A DNA stretch of 51,262 nt from Candidatus Saccharimonadia bacterium (GCA_044234435.1 JBIIIT010000001.1:1-51262), one strand, 5' to 3'; numbered from the stretch's first letter, positions 25,043 to 34,517 are shown. Notes: generated by a model from the sequence alone, not told the origin. Translations and numbers: made by a program.

Positions 25043-26305
25043 TTATTTAAGTAATGCCTGAGCCAAACTTAGAAATACAAAGAAACCTCCAACGTCGGTA
25101 CAGGTGGTGATAAAGATAGTGGCAGAAGTTGCTGGGTCTTTTCCTAGCTTTTTCATAATTAGCGGGATTAGTGCTCCTGCAAAAGCAGCTATAAATAAGT
25201 TACAAACCATTGCTATGGCAAGCACCAAACCGAGCATCGGATTTTTGTTGATAAATACTGCGACTGCAGCTACTAATATGCCGTTAATTGCGCCATTGAT
25301 TACTCCCGCGCCAATTTCTCTGGCTATGTACTTCACAGAGTTCTTAAGGCTAATTTCCTGCATAACAATCCCACGAACTGTTACTGCTAGGGTCTGTGTT
25401 GCTGCATTACCACCCATACCAGCGACAATAGGCATATAAACAGCAAGTAGGGTGAATTTGCTGATAGTGTCTTCAAACATGCCCACAACTGAAGCTGCCA
25501 AGAAAGCAGTTCCTAAGTTGATAATTAGCCATAGCCATCTGAATCTTACTTTTGTGAAAAGCCCATCGTTAGCGTCTTCTTCCTTGTTAACACCTGCCAA
25601 ACCGTAAAGATCGCTTGATCGTCGCCTATCTAATAAAGCCAGTAAATCATCGGAATGAATTACACCCAAAATATCTTCGTTTTCATCAAGAACCACAACT
25701 TTGTCGTGAGGGTGTTTTAGAAAAGAATCAACAACCTGATGCTCTTCATTGTCATATCGAATATGCGGAACTCTTTTAACGTAAGGGTCGATTTTTTCTT
25801 TGCCTTTATGCAAAGCCAATACGTGACCTGGTAGCTCACCCACCAACTTACCCCCATCAACCATAAAAATGGACGGGAATTTTCCTGTTTTCTTTTCGTG
25901 TTCTTCAATGTCTCTGGACAGATCTTCAAAATGAGTTCCTGGTGTGGCCACAACATAATCTAAATTCATCAAGCTAGCTGCAGTTTTGGGATTAAAGCTC
26001 AGTAATAATTCAACCTTTTCTTTGGCATCCACATCTAGCTTAGTTGTTATATGTTTGGCTCTAAGCTTGGACAGATCATTTAGCAAGCTAGTTGCTTTGG
26101 TCGGATCAAGAGTATTTAGCATCTTAACGAGTTCATCATTATCCAAGCCCTTCATAATTTTTTGACGGCTTGGTTTTGATAATTTTAAAAGGACAAAGCC
26201 CTTCAGAGAATCGTCAATATCCCTAAAAGTATCTAATTTTCTTCTGCTCTTTCTAAGATCTACTAGAATTTTGTCATCTATAACTGGTCCAACCATAAGA
26301 ACCAT
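25043..26305 (-). CDS. mgtE: magnesium transporter MgtE
   Basis: N-terminal MgtE_N-like helices, a CBS-pair region, a five-helix C-terminal membrane domain and the TD.GGFF.FL motif (TTCTDVGGFFVFLSLA). Confidence 0.85.
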   Translation of the reverse strand: MVLMVGPVIDDKILVDLRKSRRKLDTFRDIDDSLKGFVLLKLSKPSRQKIMKGLDNDELVKMLNTLDPTKATSLLNDLSKLRAKHITTKLDVDAKEKVELLLSFNPKTAASLMNLDYVVATPGTHFEDLSRDIEEHEKKTGKFPSIFMVDGGKLVGELPGHVLALHKGKEKIDPYVKRVPHIRYDNEEHQVVDSFLKHPHDKVVVLDENEDILGVIHSDDLLALLDRRRSSDLYGLAGVNKEEDANDGLFTKVRFRWLWLIINLGTAFLAASVVGMFEDTISKFTLLAVYMPIVAGMGGNAATQTLAVTVRGIVMQEISLKNSVKYIAREIGAGVINGAINGILVAAVAVFINKNPMLGLVLAIAMVCNLFIAAFAGALIPLIMKKLGKDPATSATIFITTCTDVGGFFVFLSLAQALLK

Positions 26306-26335
26306 TATAGAACTTAAGGCTAATAAATTATAGTA

Positions 26336-26617
26336 CTATTTTTTGTTTCTTACGGCGCGTTTAAATTGTTCGCCCGCACGAAACTTTGGTACTTGCATGC
26401 CGTCAATTTGTAGCTTTTCTTTGGTGTTTGGGTTAATGCCATTGCGTGGTTTTCGATGGGTTAAATGAAAAACCCCAAATCCGCTTATCAATACCTTCTC
26501 GCCATCCTTCACTTCGTCGATGATAGTGTCTAGCATAGTATCCATCACTAGTTCAATTTTGTTTTTGGGCATTCTAGTTTTATTGGCAATTTCTTGAATT
26601 AGTTCTGGCTTAAGCAT
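26336..26617 (-). CDS. hup: HU family DNA-binding protein
   Basis: 93 aa, with GFGVFHLTHRKPRNGINPNTKEKLQIDGMQVPKFRAG matching the HU/IHF arm signature. Confidence 0.9.
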   Translation of the reverse strand: MLKPELIQEIANKTRMPKNKIELVMDTMLDTIIDEVKDGEKVLISGFGVFHLTHRKPRNGINPNTKEKLQIDGMQVPKFRAGEQFKRAVRNKK

Positions 26618-27411
26618 TAACTAACCTCGGTATTCATTAATATCTGCTCGATTGATTTAGCCTTACCGTCGCTACCAACATCTATGAGTACTGAGCTAAA
26701 TTGCACATTGCCAGTAGTCGGCCAGTCGAATTTATTTGGCAATTGATTTAGCCATTTATCTATAATTATTTCTTTTTTAACCCCTAGAACAGAATCAGTC
26801 GGGCCGGTCATACCGACATCGCTAATGTGGGCAGTTCCACCTGGTAATACTTTAGCATCGGCAGTACTTACGTGAATGTGGCTCCCTACTACTCCGCTTA
26901 CTCGGCCATCTAGGTAAAATCCAATTGCCACTTTTTCAGAGGTAAGATCGGCATGCAAATCCACAATAGTCGCTGCTAACTTTTCGTCTTTGTTTTCTTC
27001 TAAGATAGCATCAACGACTTTTAGTGGGTGATCTAATTGTGGGCCGTTAAAGGTTTGGCCTAGCAAATTAATCACCAGTATTTTTCCAAATGGAGTTTCG
27101 GCAATTTTCCAACCTCGGCCCGGGGTTTTGCCCGGGTAATTTGCCGGGCGAATAATAGGCTCATTTGGATCATTTAGCATATCCACACCCTCTGGCTTTT
27201 TAAAGCTGTGATTGCCACCAGTGAAGAAATCCACGCCGGCATCTTTAACTTCCCTAATAGCTTTTGATGTTAGCCCGTTTCCTGTGCTGATGTTTTCGGA
27301 CTGCGCTATTACAAAATCAATCTGTTTTTCTTCTTTGAGTTTTGGCAATACTTGCCCAACTGCCCGCCTACCAATTTTTGCAACTATATCACCGATGTAT
27401 AAAATTTTCAC
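26617..27411 (-). CDS. ymdB: YmdB-type metallophosphoesterase (2',3'-cyclic-nucleotide phosphodiesterase family)
   Basis: MKILYIGDIVAKIGRRAV, GNH, RPANYPGKTPGRG, DLHADLTSEK, VVGSHIHVSTAD and DVGMTGP track B. subtilis YmdB closely. It shows rny-ymdB synteny. Confidence 0.88.
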   Translation of the reverse strand: MKILYIGDIVAKIGRRAVGQVLPKLKEEKQIDFVIAQSENISTGNGLTSKAIREVKDAGVDFFTGGNHSFKKPEGVDMLNDPNEPIIRPANYPGKTPGRGWKIAETPFGKILVINLLGQTFNGPQLDHPLKVVDAILEENKDEKLAATIVDLHADLTSEKVAIGFYLDGRVSGVVGSHIHVSTADAKVLPGGTAHISDVGMTGPTDSVLGVKKEIIIDKWLNQLPNKFDWPTTGNVQFSSVLIDVGSDGKAKSIEQILMNTEVS

Positions 27412-28934
27412 TACTTAGCGTACTCCTCTGCTCTAGTTTCACGAATTACATTAACTTTTATTGTTCCAGGATACTTTAATGATGCTTCGATTTTAGTTGC
27501 GACATCCCTAGCTAGCTTAATAGCGGTTAAGTCATCGACTTGCTCTGGTTTTACAAACACGCGTATTTCACGGCCGGCGCTAATGGCGTAGCTCTTTTCA
27601 ATTCCGCTAAATGAATTGGCGACGTTTTCTAAATCGGTCATGCGTTTAACGTAATTTTCTAAAGTATCGCCACGAGCTCCTGGGCGACCACCGCTTAGGG
27701 CATCGACGACACGGACAATTAGGGCTTCTGGGGTTGTGGCTTCGATATCATCGTGGTGCGCTTCGGCAGCGTGCGTGGTTGCTTCATCAAAACCAGCCTT
27801 GCGCATCATATCGCCAGTAATGTGATGGTGCTTGCCTTCAATTTCGTGGCTTACTGCCTTTCCTAAATCGTGCAAGAAAGCAGCTGTACGCGACACCTGC
27901 ACGTCAGCACCGATTTCGTCGGCAATCATTGCGGCCAAGTGTGCCATTTCTACAGAGTGATGTAGTACATTTTGGCTATAGCTAGTTCGAAACTTTAGCA
28001 TTCCCATTGTTTTAGAAATTTCTGGTGGCAAGCCAAGCACCTTGGCTTCGCGGGCAGCCTGTTCTCCAGCACGCTTAACTTCTTCATCGATTTCTTTTTG
28101 AGCTTTAGCGACTTGCTCTTCGATTTTAGCTGGGTGGATTCGGCCATCTTTAATAAGCTCCTCCAAAGCACGCTTAGCAACCTGACGGCGGATTGGGTTG
28201 AATCCAGAAATAGTAATAACACCTGGGCTTTCATCGATAATAACTTCAACGCCGGTAAGTCGTTCTAGGGTTTGGATGTTTCGGCCTTCCTTACCAATAA
28301 TCTTACCCTTGTCACCATCATTCGGAATTGCAACTGTACTGATAGTTCTCTCAGTGGCAGTGCCGGTAGCCAGGCGCTCCATTGCTTGGGTCATAATATC
28401 TTTAGCAATTTCATCGGCGTTTTCGTTGGCCTCACGTTTGCGCTTTTCGATATATTCAACCAAGTCATTTTTAATATCTCGCTCGGTCATTTCCATAAGC
28501 TTCTTTTGAGCGTCTTCTTTTTTCAGCTTGGCAATCTTTTCTAGGTTATCTTCTTGTCGAGTTCGAATGGCACGAATCTCTTCTTTAATGGCTTCGATTT
28601 CTTTTTCGGAACGATTCAAAGCCTCGGTTCGTTTTTCTATTTGATCAAGTTTACTATCTAGCAAAGTTTCACGATCCGCCACGCGCTTTTCTGAAGCATC
28701 TAATTTATTGCGTCTTTCACGCTCTTCCTTTTTGGCCTCATCAGCAATTTTAATTGCTTCTTCTTTGGCCTCTAAAATCTTCTTTTTGGATTCTTCCTTG
28801 GCATCATCCAATAATTTCTTAGCTTTTTTATCAGCGTCCGTAGCCTTTTGTTTGGATATGTAAGAATTGGCTCCATAGCCAACACCCCCACCAACTGCAA
28901 GGGCAAGGATTGCAAATACTATTTCCATAAACAC
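27411..28934 (-). CDS. rny: ribonuclease Y
   Basis: N-terminal TM segment, a Lys/Glu coiled coil, a KH domain (GKIIGKEGRNI) and an HD domain (FLHDLGKA ... HH). Confidence 0.92.
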   Translation of the reverse strand: MFMEIVFAILALAVGGGVGYGANSYISKQKATDADKKAKKLLDDAKEESKKKILEAKEEAIKIADEAKKEERERRNKLDASEKRVADRETLLDSKLDQIEKRTEALNRSEKEIEAIKEEIRAIRTRQEDNLEKIAKLKKEDAQKKLMEMTERDIKNDLVEYIEKRKREANENADEIAKDIMTQAMERLATGTATERTISTVAIPNDGDKGKIIGKEGRNIQTLERLTGVEVIIDESPGVITISGFNPIRRQVAKRALEELIKDGRIHPAKIEEQVAKAQKEIDEEVKRAGEQAAREAKVLGLPPEISKTMGMLKFRTSYSQNVLHHSVEMAHLAAMIADEIGADVQVSRTAAFLHDLGKAVSHEIEGKHHHITGDMMRKAGFDEATTHAAEAHHDDIEATTPEALIVRVVDALSGGRPGARGDTLENYVKRMTDLENVANSFSGIEKSYAISAGREIRVFVKPEQVDDLTAIKLARDVATKIEASLKYPGTIKVNVIRETRAEEYAK

Positions 28935-29052
28935 CTACCTTTCTAAGTAGTTGTTTTCACCTCTATTAAAGTAAAAACCGGTTATCAAAAATTAAATTCA
29001 AATCGACGAATGTCTAATACTATTTAACAACTATTTAGATGCATCTTCAAGC

Positions 29053-29445
29053 TTAAGAGCCTTTAGGCTTGGTAATATTTGGCTCGGCATTGTATTTTGG
29101 CACCACGAGCTCTCCGACTTTGGCGGTTTTTAGGCTTTCAATCCCATTACTTATCCAGTCTTCACCCTCTGCAGAAACAATCGGCACATTCAAACTGTAC
29201 GCCATAGCGTTAGCTACAGTAGTACCGATACGCAGGCCAGTAAATGAGCCTTCACCGGTGTGCATAATAATCCCTGTAATGTCTTCATTTTTTAAATTAC
29301 TGTTTTTAAGAATCTCTCTTATCTTGCTGAGTAGGGCATCGGCCAACTCGCGGTGAGCCTCCCATACCTCTTTGGCAACTAAATTATTATGCTCATATAA
29401 ATATAGTTCGGCTTCTGGCTTGTCAGTACGTAAAGCTAATATCAT
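29053..29445 (-). CDS. tsaB: tRNA t6A biosynthesis protein TsaB, short form (N-terminal domain only)
   Basis: GEGSFTGLRIGTTVANAMAYSLNVPIV is the TsaB/YeaZ signature. At 130 aa it is about half the usual length. Confidence 0.7.
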   Translation of the reverse strand: MILALRTDKPEAELYLYEHNNLVAKEVWEAHRELADALLSKIREILKNSNLKNEDITGIIMHTGEGSFTGLRIGTTVANAMAYSLNVPIVSAEGEDWISNGIESLKTAKVGELVVPKYNAEPNITKPKGS

Positions 29446-29933
29446 TTTTGTAGTTCCTTGATTATTTTATTGGATTTTGGTCCAGTTCCTGCAAATTCAT
29501 AAGTACGCTCGTTATCACTAATATAATGGCATTCCACGACTAGCCTGTCTTCAGCCATGTGGCCACTGAAGTGATTAGCCCACTCTGTGCAAACTATAGT
29601 ATTCGGATCTTCCAGGCTATCTTTTAATTCATTGGCTACGATTTCATCATCGCTTAATCGGTATAAATCAAAGTGTTCCAAGTGGATTCCACTTGGCGCT
29701 TCATAACCACGATGAATATTAAATGTTGGGCTTGTAACAGTCTGGGTTATTTCAAGCCCCTTAGCGATAGCCTTAACTAAGGCAGTCTTGCCACCACCCA
29801 AATCCCCCACCATTTCTATTAATAATGGTGGTTCTATAGCTTTGGCTAATTTAGCCCCTAGCTCCAAACTTTGCTCTAAGCTTTTGGATTCGAATTTGAA
29901 TTTCTGTTCTGTACTCATATATTCCATATCCAA
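29442..29933 (-). CDS. tsaE: tRNA t6A biosynthesis ATPase TsaE
   Basis: P-loop GDLGGGKT about 44 aa from the start, plus PTFNI and YRL motifs. The track's start at 29933 is TTG, and the first ATG is at 29927. Either start overlaps the upstream gene by at least 68 nt. Confidence 0.8.
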   Translation of the reverse strand: MDMEYMSTEQKFKFESKSLEQSLELGAKLAKAIEPPLLIEMVGDLGGGKTALVKAIAKGLEITQTVTSPTFNIHRGYEAPSGIHLEHFDLYRLSDDEIVANELKDSLEDPNTIVCTEWANHFSGHMAEDRLVVECHYISDNERTYEFAGTGPKSNKIIKELQK

Positions 29934-31122
29934 TAGTACCTAGTCCTGAGGCAACTAGCAACCAAGTCCACAGATTTGAATTTTTTGACTTGGAAGTTTC
30001 TTCTAAGGGAGCTGATATATTACTTTTCGAAGCACTTGAATTAACTTTACTAGTTTTAGGCTTAGAGGTACTTTTTGCTTTTTTTGCTGTGGCCTTTTTA
30101 GTAGCCTTTTTAACATTATTTACTGCTGATGAAGAGCTAGTATCTGCCTCAACATACACTTGAGCATTGACTGCATTAGGAGTAGCAGAAACCGCCCAGA
30201 CCCAAGCTTGATTATATTTTATCCAGCCTAGACCTTCTTTGGCATCTTCATAATTTTCCGACTCATCAACAAGCTCACCGTTGGGATTAATTAGTTTTAT
30301 TGAATCGCCAGTATTATTAAGTGTTATTTTTGAATCAACAACAAATATTGCTAATCTGGAACCAGCAGCAATCACACTATTTTTAATTATAAATTCAGAC
30401 CCGGATTCATCTACTAGCTTCCATCCAGAGAGATTAATATCTTCCGAATTCGGATTATAAATTTCTATAAATTCATCGCTGGTATCGCTTAATGGTGCGG
30501 CCGGATCCGGAAATATTTCACTAAGTTCCAGTGGGAGGTATTTTATAGGCTCAGTATCTTCTTCAGGAACTATTAGCTCTGGCAACTTAGATGGAGTCGG
30601 TGTATTAGATATTTCAAAATCATTAAAATTATCATCAGTATTTTGCATAATAGCTGATTCAAAGTCATAAATTCTATACATACTTTGGCCTGGCTTAGAC
30701 TCACTTGCTGCAGAGCCCAGTGGTGAATTAGCACTACCCCATGCAAATTGATCCACAACCAATCCTACACTATCTCTAATCTGAATATTGCCACCAAGGT
30801 CTGAAAAAGTGCTTGAATATGTTATATCCCCGGACATATTTGCCGAGAAGACAAAAAACTCACCCTTGTTTAAAACTTTAGATATTATCGTTGCTTTCTT
30901 GATCCACGAGCTGCCTGTCGCAGATTTATAGTATAGGCTCCAGCCAGAAATATCTTTAGAATCAATTCCGTTATTATAAATTTCTACAAACTCTTCAGTT
31001 GCAGATACTTCGCTTCCTGTTTGAATTTCAGTTATTAATATGTCTTTAGAGACAGCTTTAGACACTCCAAAGTTGCATAATAAAAGCACAAAAGATATGA
31101 ATGATATATAAACCTTCTTCAT
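29851..31122 (-). CDS. surface protein with two lamin-tail (LTD) domains, a Ser/Lys-rich stalk and a C-terminal TM anchor
   Basis: Signal peptide. The LTD signature appears twice: ILITEIQTGS...EFVEIYNNG..DISGWSL and LELSEIFPDPA...EFIEIYNPN..INLSGWKL. The C-terminal hydrophobic segment is LWTWLLVASGLGTIGYGIY. Confidence 0.75.
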   Translation of the reverse strand: MKKVYISFISFVLLLCNFGVSKAVSKDILITEIQTGSEVSATEEFVEIYNNGIDSKDISGWSLYYKSATGSSWIKKATIISKVLNKGEFFVFSANMSGDITYSSTFSDLGGNIQIRDSVGLVVDQFAWGSANSPLGSAASESKPGQSMYRIYDFESAIMQNTDDNFNDFEISNTPTPSKLPELIVPEEDTEPIKYLPLELSEIFPDPAAPLSDTSDEFIEIYNPNSEDINLSGWKLVDESGSEFIIKNSVIAAGSRLAIFVVDSKITLNNTGDSIKLINPNGELVDESENYEDAKEGLGWIKYNQAWVWAVSATPNAVNAQVYVEADTSSSSAVNNVKKATKKATAKKAKSTSKPKTSKVNSSASKSNISAPLEETSKSKNSNLWTWLLVASGLGTIGYGIYEYRTEIQIRIQKLRAKFGARG

Positions 31123-31175
31123 TTCGATATTCTAAAAAGTGATTTTGAATTCTGCAAGCATGTGCGAAATGATGC

Positions 31176-31205
31176 TTGACCAATAAATCATAAGGGTTAT
31201 ACAAT
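31176..31205 (+). promoter_or_regulatory. promoter candidate for the pilin gene (TTGACC-18-TACAAT), overlapped by a 7-bp inverted repeat
   Basis: TTGACC at 31176-31181 and TACAAT at 31200-31205. The ATG lies 9 nt after the -10 box with no SD, so the mRNA may be leaderless. The inverted repeat CAAGCAT (31155-61) / ATGCTTG (31172-78) overlaps the -35 box. Confidence 0.4.
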
Positions 31206-31214
31206 AGCTTCATA

Positions 31215-31646
31215 ATGTTTTCACTAAAACAACGATTTTCTAATAAGCCGTCGGGCTTCACCATACTAGATGTTGTAGTAATAATTATCGTAGTTGGCTT
31301 CTTTGCAATACTAATTATTCCGGGACTTATAAATGGCCCCTCAAGAGCCCGGGATGCGACCCGTAAAAGCGACTTAAGGGCAATCAAGACTCAGCTAGAG
31401 TCGTACTATTCTGAAAAAGGAAACTATCCAGCCAAGCTTACTGAACTTGAAGCTGGGGCAACTCCATTCATGAAAAAAGTTCCTACCGACCCTTCGACCA
31501 AAAAGGAGTATGTTTATATTACACAGGGTAATCCTCCTGGATCTTTTGAAATTCAAGCAACTCTTGAAAACAAAAACGACAAAGATTTAAAAAGCCTAGG
31601 TAGTGACCCGTCAAAGGGAATATATGTCGTCAGTAGCTCTAACTGA
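31215..31646 (+). CDS. type IV pilin / pseudopilin (prepilin-type N-terminal cleavage-methylation domain)
   Basis: Leader MFSLKQRFSNKPSG, then FTILDVVVIIIVVGFFAILIIPGL, with Asp rather than Glu at +5. DATRKSDLRAIKTQLESYY is typical of GspG/PilA-like pilins. Confidence 0.8.
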   Translation: MFSLKQRFSNKPSGFTILDVVVIIIVVGFFAILIIPGLINGPSRARDATRKSDLRAIKTQLESYYSEKGNYPAKLTELEAGATPFMKKVPTDPSTKKEYVYITQGNPPGSFEIQATLENKNDKDLKSLGSDPSKGIYVVSSSN

Positions 31647-32175
31647 TCTTACTGCCGTAATACTTACTTCTAAGCTCAATTATGTAGTTCTCTAGCTTGT
31701 AAGGGTCTGGGACGTAATCAAAAACGAAGTTTTCCCGCTCTCCTGCTGTTTGGATAATTAGCGTACCATATCCTAACATCGTCTGCAGTGGGCCATTTAT
31801 TTTAGCGCTCACATCTTGAATTTCTTCTAACCTTAAAGTTGATACTTCTCTATTGAATAAGCCGATTTGATCAACATCTACCACATGCTTATTAGTAATC
31901 ACAACCTTATTTCTTTTCCATATCCAAAAAGTACCTACGGTCAGCATTACAATAACTGCAATTACTGCAAAGCCTATTAATGTAACCAATATTGGTGGTA
32001 TGAATTGCTCCACTTTTTCAACATTTAAATTTATATAAATAATCGCAATTATAAAAAATATACAAAGTAGCAGCATACCAAAAAGAATAGGAGCTATAGC
32101 CATAATGTGCTTATAAATTACTCTTTGAGTGACTTCTTCGTGAGCCTGGCCAGGATAGCTGTTTTCGTTTTCCAT
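31639..32175 (-). CDS. membrane protein with a bacterial PH (bPH_2 / YdbS-YdbT-like) domain
   Basis: Two TM helices, then VVITNKHVVDVDQ...LEEIQDVS...MLGYGTLIIQTAG. Confidence 0.6.
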   Translation of the reverse strand: MENENSYPGQAHEEVTQRVIYKHIMAIAPILFGMLLLCIFFIIAIIYINLNVEKVEQFIPPILVTLIGFAVIAVIVMLTVGTFWIWKRNKVVITNKHVVDVDQIGLFNREVSTLRLEEIQDVSAKINGPLQTMLGYGTLIIQTAGERENFVFDYVPDPYKLENYIIELRSKYYGSKIS

Positions 32176-32189
32176 GATTATATTTTATA

Positions 32190-33227
32190 TCAAATAAGAC
32201 TCTCTTGCATATCTTTTGGAGGATCAATTCCTAAATGCAAATATCCATTTCTAGTAACTTTTCTACCCCTACTCGTTCGTTCCAAGAACCCCAGCTGAAT
32301 TAAAAATGGCTCGTAGACGTCCTCAATAGTTTGCTTTTCTTCGCCAGTTGCTGCCGCCAATGCTCCAACTCCAACCGGGCCACCACTGTATTTGTTGATG
32401 ATGGCATCCAGCACTCTTCTATCGGATGCATCCAAGCCCTTATCATCAATTTCAAGAATTGATAAAGTTTCGTCAAGCGCTGTATTGTCTATTACATTAT
32501 TTCCATGAACTTGAGCCCAATCACGAACACGCTTTAAAAGTCTGTTGGCTATTCTTGGGGTAAGCCTGGATCTTTGGGACATCTTATTTAATGCATCACT
32601 ATTTAATTTAATGTCTAATATTTTTGCAGACCGATCTATGATTTTCTCTATCTCTGGTTCATTGTAGTAATCTAGCCTATTAACTATTCCAAAACGGTCT
32701 CTTAAGGGCGATGATAGAGCACCAAAGCGTGTGGTTGCACCAATCAATGTGAATTTAGGAAGATCTAATCTAAGATTTTGCGCAGATGGGCCTTTGCCTA
32801 AAACGATATCAATTACATAATCTTCCATAGCGGAGTATAAAATTTCTTCAACACTTCTTGGCAAGCGGTGAATTTCATCTATAAATAATATGTCGCCATC
32901 TTCTAAGCTGGTGAGCATCGATGCCAAATCGGCAGCCCTCTCCACTGCCGGTCCACTGGTGACCTTAAGATTGCCATTCAGCTCATTTGCAATTACATGG
33001 GCCAGGGTTGTCTTGCCTAATCCGGGCGGGCCATAAAGAAGGATATGGTCTAAAGATTCATTGCGTTTTTTTGTTGCTGCAATTGCGACTTTTAGAGCTT
33101 TTTTGATTTGTTCTTGGCCAATGTACTGGTCAAAACTCTTAGGGCGCAATGACAACTCGAAAAATTCTTCTTGCGCAACTTCCTCAGCTTTCTCTACATT
33201 TTCAATTTCTTCTTGACGCTCAATCAT
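32190..33227 (-). CDS. ruvB: Holliday junction branch migration helicase RuvB
   Basis: LRP..F..YIGQ, Walker A GPPGLGKTT and FIDEIHRL. Confidence 0.95.
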   Translation of the reverse strand: MIERQEEIENVEKAEEVAQEEFFELSLRPKSFDQYIGQEQIKKALKVAIAATKKRNESLDHILLYGPPGLGKTTLAHVIANELNGNLKVTSGPAVERAADLASMLTSLEDGDILFIDEIHRLPRSVEEILYSAMEDYVIDIVLGKGPSAQNLRLDLPKFTLIGATTRFGALSSPLRDRFGIVNRLDYYNEPEIEKIIDRSAKILDIKLNSDALNKMSQRSRLTPRIANRLLKRVRDWAQVHGNNVIDNTALDETLSILEIDDKGLDASDRRVLDAIINKYSGGPVGVGALAAATGEEKQTIEDVYEPFLIQLGFLERTSRGRKVTRNGYLHLGIDPPKDMQESLI

Positions 33228-33781
33228 TTCTTAGAGCCCTTAAGCGCTAATTTTATTCTCTCTTGCGTACTAAGGCTTGGGTCAATATCTTTCAAAACCG
33301 ATTGAGCATCTTTAGCGGAATAACCCAGGCTTATTAAAGCTTGGTAAGCCTGATCAGATTCGTCTGCTTCGGCTTTTTCTACTTGTACCAGTTTGCCCTT
33401 TAAATCCAGTATTATTCGTTGTGCCGTCTTCTTACCTATCCCCGATACACTACTAAATAAATTAACGTCATCGTACAATATAGCATTTTGAACATCCTCT
33501 GAACTGTGGGCAGAGAGTATCGACATAGCGGCTTTAGGACCAACACCATTTACACTGGTAAGTTTATAATAAATCTGCATAGCTTCTCGAGTCGGAAACC
33601 CAAAGAGACTATATTCATCCTCTTTAATATTTTCGGCAATATAAAAAACCTCAACGTCCTTCTCGTTTATAGACGACAAATAATTGGCTGGCACAAATAT
33701 TTCATATCCAATCCCATTAATGTCAACAACGACTGAGCTATCTAGCTTTTCTGCAATTTCCCCTTTAATTCTTGCAATCAT
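33224..33781 (-). CDS. ruvA: Holliday junction DNA-binding protein RuvA
   Basis: MIARIKGEI start, HhH motifs (VNGVGPKAA, VSGIGKKTAQRI). It overlaps ruvB by 4 nt. Confidence 0.9.
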   Translation of the reverse strand: MIARIKGEIAEKLDSSVVVDINGIGYEIFVPANYLSSINEKDVEVFYIAENIKEDEYSLFGFPTREAMQIYYKLTSVNGVGPKAAMSILSAHSSEDVQNAILYDDVNLFSSVSGIGKKTAQRIILDLKGKLVQVEKAEADESDQAYQALISLGYSAKDAQSVLKDIDPSLSTQERIKLALKGSKK

Positions 33782-33842
33782 GTATTAGATTATAGCAGGA
33801 GAATTGACTGTTACCCTATCATTAACTATTTATTATTAATAA

Positions 33843-34517
33843 TTATTTTATATCTTTTGAGGGGCTTGGCTTCTCATTGGGCATCTTGATCGAAGCTGGG
33901 GTAGGATAAATGGAGGAAGCTTCTGATTTTTTTGCTTCAGTCTGTTCGGGGCTAGAATTGTTCGTGCTTGTATCTAGTATGGGGTCTGGTTCGGGAAACA
34001 TAGAGTCTAGTCTAAATAATAAATATATTAATATTGCGAAACAACCCAAATAAATACCAATAGTGAACCCATTGATATTTTCTGAAAATCCTGAAAGCAA
34101 CCCTGTTGTTGTCATAAGAAGTATTGTGGATCCACCAGTTATACCAACTGATAATGGAGAGAAGCCTGTTAAAAAAATTGCAATTATAAAGCCTATTATT
34201 ACTGCAATAAGTGATGCATTAATTCTGTTAATTGAAGCGGAATTCTTTTGCTTCTTATATTCCTTTAGTTTCTCATTATATTCTGCTTGCAAATTTTTCT
34301 CACGATTAGTTATGCAATCTGAATCATAACTATACCTAGATGAGTAATTTCTTGAATTATAGCCATTGCAATAGTCGCTAATTTCAGTATATTGAGGATA
34401 TTTAGGCTCTGGAATATTTTTGTTATCCGGAAAAACCAGAAATACTAGTAACCCAATCATTGTGGGGAATATCAATGCAATTGCAATTGATAATACAATT
34501 TTTACTCCCCTACCCAT
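33843..34517 (-). CDS. hypothetical polytopic membrane protein
   Basis: 224-aa ORF with several hydrophobic helices and no recognisable motif. Confidence 0.45.
   Translation of the reverse strand: MGRGVKIVLSIAIALIFPTMIGLLVFLVFPDNKNIPEPKYPQYTEISDYCNGYNSRNYSSRYSYDSDCITNREKNLQAEYNEKLKEYKKQKNSASINRINASLIAVIIGFIIAIFLTGFSPLSVGITGGSTILLMTTTGLLSGFSENINGFTIGIYLGCFAILIYLLFRLDSMFPEPDPILDTSTNNSSPEQTEAKKSEASSIYPTPASIKMPNEKPSPSKDIK

Noticed and set aside
31058-31387. A 109-aa minus-strand ORF spanning the divergent LTD/pilin promoter region.
   Set aside because: It overlaps the pilin N-terminus antisense and the LTD gene start, has no motif, and is better explained by the two flanking genes.
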